Shown: one piece after another, positions 28,488 through 30,853 of the stretch
Numbering within the stretch: position 1 is the stretch's first letter
Layout: every line of letters begins with the position of its first letter
Assembly: GCA_050239825.1 (NCBI GenBank)
Contig: JBFXGO010000030.1
Coordinates: 1 to 30,853 of the forward strand
Direction: 5' to 3'
Length of the DNA stretch: 30,853 nt
Source of the DNA: a bacterium
Lineage (GTDB): Bacteria > Hydrothermota > 32-111
Translations under genes and position numbers: made by a program
Notes under the pieces: model-generated
Seen by the model: the letters and a program-made list of their open reading frames with translations, nothing else
The model's database searches: none
Told to the model about the DNA's origin: nothing

Positions 28488-30724
28488 CAGTATATATCCA
28501 GTATATCAAGTTTCTCTATCGGATTGCCGAGATATATGCTGTAAGTAAATTTGGAACGCGTTTCATTGTCTATTTTTGAACGAAAGTATCCGCCGCCTAT
28601 CTCAAACAAACCTATAATGGTAGATATGCCGAGGGATAATCTTGAACCGCCGATAAAAGATGGGTCAAACTCAGCTATCAATTGATTCGTGAAACCCGCA
28701 ATCTCAGTTTCATTTTTTATGAAGACTGTTTCATTAACATAGAATTTTTCAGAGATGCCGAATGATATAAAATACCTGCCAGTCAGAATTGGGTCGTAGA
28801 GATACTGAAATTCAAAGGTCGGCCTAGCTACAGAATAATCAATCTGAATCTTGTCATTGTACTGATGGTTCTTGTAGAGCTGAGTTATCACTCCTATTGA
28901 AGAGAAGAAAGACATGTTGAATCTGGTGTGGAGTTTAGCCATCTTTGTGAATTCTCCTATTCCCTTGAAGTATGTCTGTTTGAAATTATCCGATGAAACT
29001 ATTGTCGATAGAGTTGGAATGCTGTCTGCAAGGAAACTATAGAAAGGGACATTGATTCCAATCATAAATCCGCTCCTCTCACCGCTTATATTTTCAAAAG
29101 AAGATGAAATTGTATTTTTGAGATAAAACAGTCCGAAAGAGTTTTTGAGAATATCCCTCTCCTCAATCTTCTTGTATCTGGCGCCCCCAAAGAGAGAAAA
29201 GAATGACCTCGAACCGAAATTGTTTCCCAAAAGCATGGTTGCATTAAAATTGTGATGGTATCCGAATGTGTTTTCATATACTCCGAAGTATTTATAAATG
29301 TGATAATTCGTATAGATTCCGGCGATGGTGTTTGTATACCCGAGAGAGGGGAAGAAGAGGTTTATGGATGCGCCCTTCACGAAATTTCCTGCGAATCCGT
29401 ATAGATCAAACATGCCGCCGTAGTTGAAAATGTTATTCTTCTCATATTTTGCGTAAATGTTTATCCCCGCCCTAGAGTCAGCAAAAGCACCGACAGAGAC
29501 CTTGTTGTAACTGATGGGAGTTGTTTTTATTATTATTGAAAGATTTCTGCCAATCCTATTATATTTAATCTCGGGTTCGATGCTTTTAAAAAGGCCGATA
29601 GCGTAAAGTCTGTAGAAACCAAGCTTCAATTTTGAGAATGAAAAAATATCTCCCACTCTCATCTCTATTGCGTTTAGAACTGTGCTTCTTGTAAGGTTGT
29701 TGTCTGCTTCAATCTTTATCTCACCTATTATTCTTCCGTCAAAGACCGCGAAATCATCAATCAAATTTCTTCTGTAAGAGGGATACTCCTCTCTTCTTCT
29801 TATTTTTTCAAGAATAGCCGGGGCCTGCTCCTTCATGGCGGTATACCCGAGTTCTATGAGCTCCTTGGCTTTTGTGAATTCATATCCGTTGAAATCATCT
29901 ACTGAAGGTCTGACATAATGTCCCATAAGCTCAAGAGAGTCCCTGCTCAAGTTGATTGTCAGAAGGTCGACAAGAGTGAATGTGATATCAAAAACATTGA
30001 GGTTTTTTCTTTCGAGAGTTTTTTTGTTTCCCGATACATCAATAGAGATTATGAAATCGGCATCAAAAGTGTCTCTCACAGCCTTGGCGGGTATATTGTC
30101 AAACATCCCTCCGTCAAAGAGATATTGATCTCCGATTTTTGCCGGTTTGAAGATAACAGGGAGAGACATTGATGCGCGTATAGAATTGCCGAGAGAACCG
30201 CTTGTAATTATGAGGGGATTCTCCATGTTTATATCTGTTGCAGTGCATAGAAACGGCTTCCAGAGTTTTCTGAAATCACCCCGTATGGCATTGTCTGTCT
30301 CCGCAAAGAAAGAGTATAATTCAAGATTTATGAGCTTGTCGTCAAGAGTGCCTTCAGGCACAATGAATCTGTTGTTCTCTATGAACAGGTCGATGAATGT
30401 GGGATAGCTGTTTATTGAATAGTATATCGGAAGTTTTTCTCTTATCGGTATCTCCGTGAACCAATTTTTTATGTCGCTCGTTAAAAATATTGATTCGATC
30501 TCAGATGCAGTATAACCGGAAGCCCAGAGTCCTCCTATAATTGCCCCCATGCTTGTTCCGCCTACAACATCAACCGGAATCTGATATTCTTCAATGGCTT
30601 TTAAAACTCCAATGTGAGCTAGACCCCGCGCCGCTCCTCCTCCCAAAACCAACCCAATTCTCTCTTGAGAAAATGAAGAGAGTGATATAATCATAAGAAT
30701 GGACAAAATTATTATTCTTCGCAT
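28487..30724 (-). CDS. secreted patatin-like phospholipase with POTRA-like and probable beta-barrel C-terminus (PlpD-like)
   Basis: Signal peptide, GGGAARGLAHIG, GTSMG, RASMSLP, DGG; G..IGEIKI...GD.FS...L..LY..GLF POTRA-like segment; aromatic/Gly-rich alternating C-terminus; start set to ATG 30724, 6 nt after TGTATAAT. Confidence 0.8.
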   Translation of the reverse strand: MRRIIILSILMIISLSSFSQERIGLVLGGGAARGLAHIGVLKAIEEYQIPVDVVGGTSMGAIIGGLWASGYTASEIESIFLTSDIKNWFTEIPIREKLPIYYSINSYPTFIDLFIENNRFIVPEGTLDDKLINLELYSFFAETDNAIRGDFRKLWKPFLCTATDINMENPLIITSGSLGNSIRASMSLPVIFKPAKIGDQYLFDGGMFDNIPAKAVRDTFDADFIISIDVSGNKKTLERKNLNVFDITFTLVDLLTINLSRDSLELMGHYVRPSVDDFNGYEFTKAKELIELGYTAMKEQAPAILEKIRRREEYPSYRRNLIDDFAVFDGRIIGEIKIEADNNLTRSTVLNAIEMRVGDIFSFSKLKLGFYRLYAIGLFKSIEPEIKYNRIGRNLSIIIKTTPISYNKVSVGAFADSRAGINIYAKYEKNNIFNYGGMFDLYGFAGNFVKGASINLFFPSLGYTNTIAGIYTNYHIYKYFGVYENTFGYHHNFNATMLLGNNFGSRSFFSLFGGARYKKIEERDILKNSFGLFYLKNTISSSFENISGERSGFMIGINVPFYSFLADSIPTLSTIVSSDNFKQTYFKGIGEFTKMAKLHTRFNMSFFSSIGVITQLYKNHQYNDKIQIDYSVARPTFEFQYLYDPILTGRYFISFGISEKFYVNETVFIKNETEIAGFTNQLIAEFDPSFIGGSRLSLGISTIIGLFEIGGGYFRSKIDNETRSKFTYSIYLGNPIEKLDILDIY

Positions 30725-30853
30725 ATCACCATTATACATAAAAAAGTTATCAAGACAATATGCCGACAGTTGTGATGAGTATAACTTACAATTGTTTTTT
30801 TCGGAAGAATCAATATAATAAAAGACAAATTTGTAATTTCAGCCGATTAAATG

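Noticed and set aside
134..30407. Numerous 60-120 aa antisense or nested ORFs in the six-frame track
   Set aside because: They overlap well-supported genes and show no motifs; expected shadow ORFs

Overview
AT-rich bacterial window using the standard genetic code. Left to right: a DUF6880-like protein; a divergent archaeal-type ATPase (ATPase/DUF234); a DUF6922 + AbiEii-type toxin-antitoxin pair; an AddAB-like helicase/nuclease pair; a DMT/EamA transporter; a sodium:solute symporter sandwiched between two ~1.2-1.35 kb non-coding arrays; an SGNH-like membrane protein; an HD-GYP-TPR protein; ComM/YifB; a small (D/E)RR-repeat protein; a desulfoferrodoxin-rubrerythrin-like fusion; a decayed cyclase-AAA-TPR gene; a TolC/MFP/ABC exporter operon; a second DMT; and a patatin with a probable outer-membrane C-terminus. 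The most striking element is the pair of non-coding arrays (11157-12512 and 13989-15156). They are built from shuffled modules in a fixed order (hairpin A, hairpin B, linker C or D). Stem sequences are completely exchanged between variants while pairing and loop sequences are kept, and G-U asymmetry mostly favours the minus strand. This suggests a modular structured RNA/ssDNA repeat system rather than CRISPR. All calls are from reading motifs by eye; no searches or folding programs were run.
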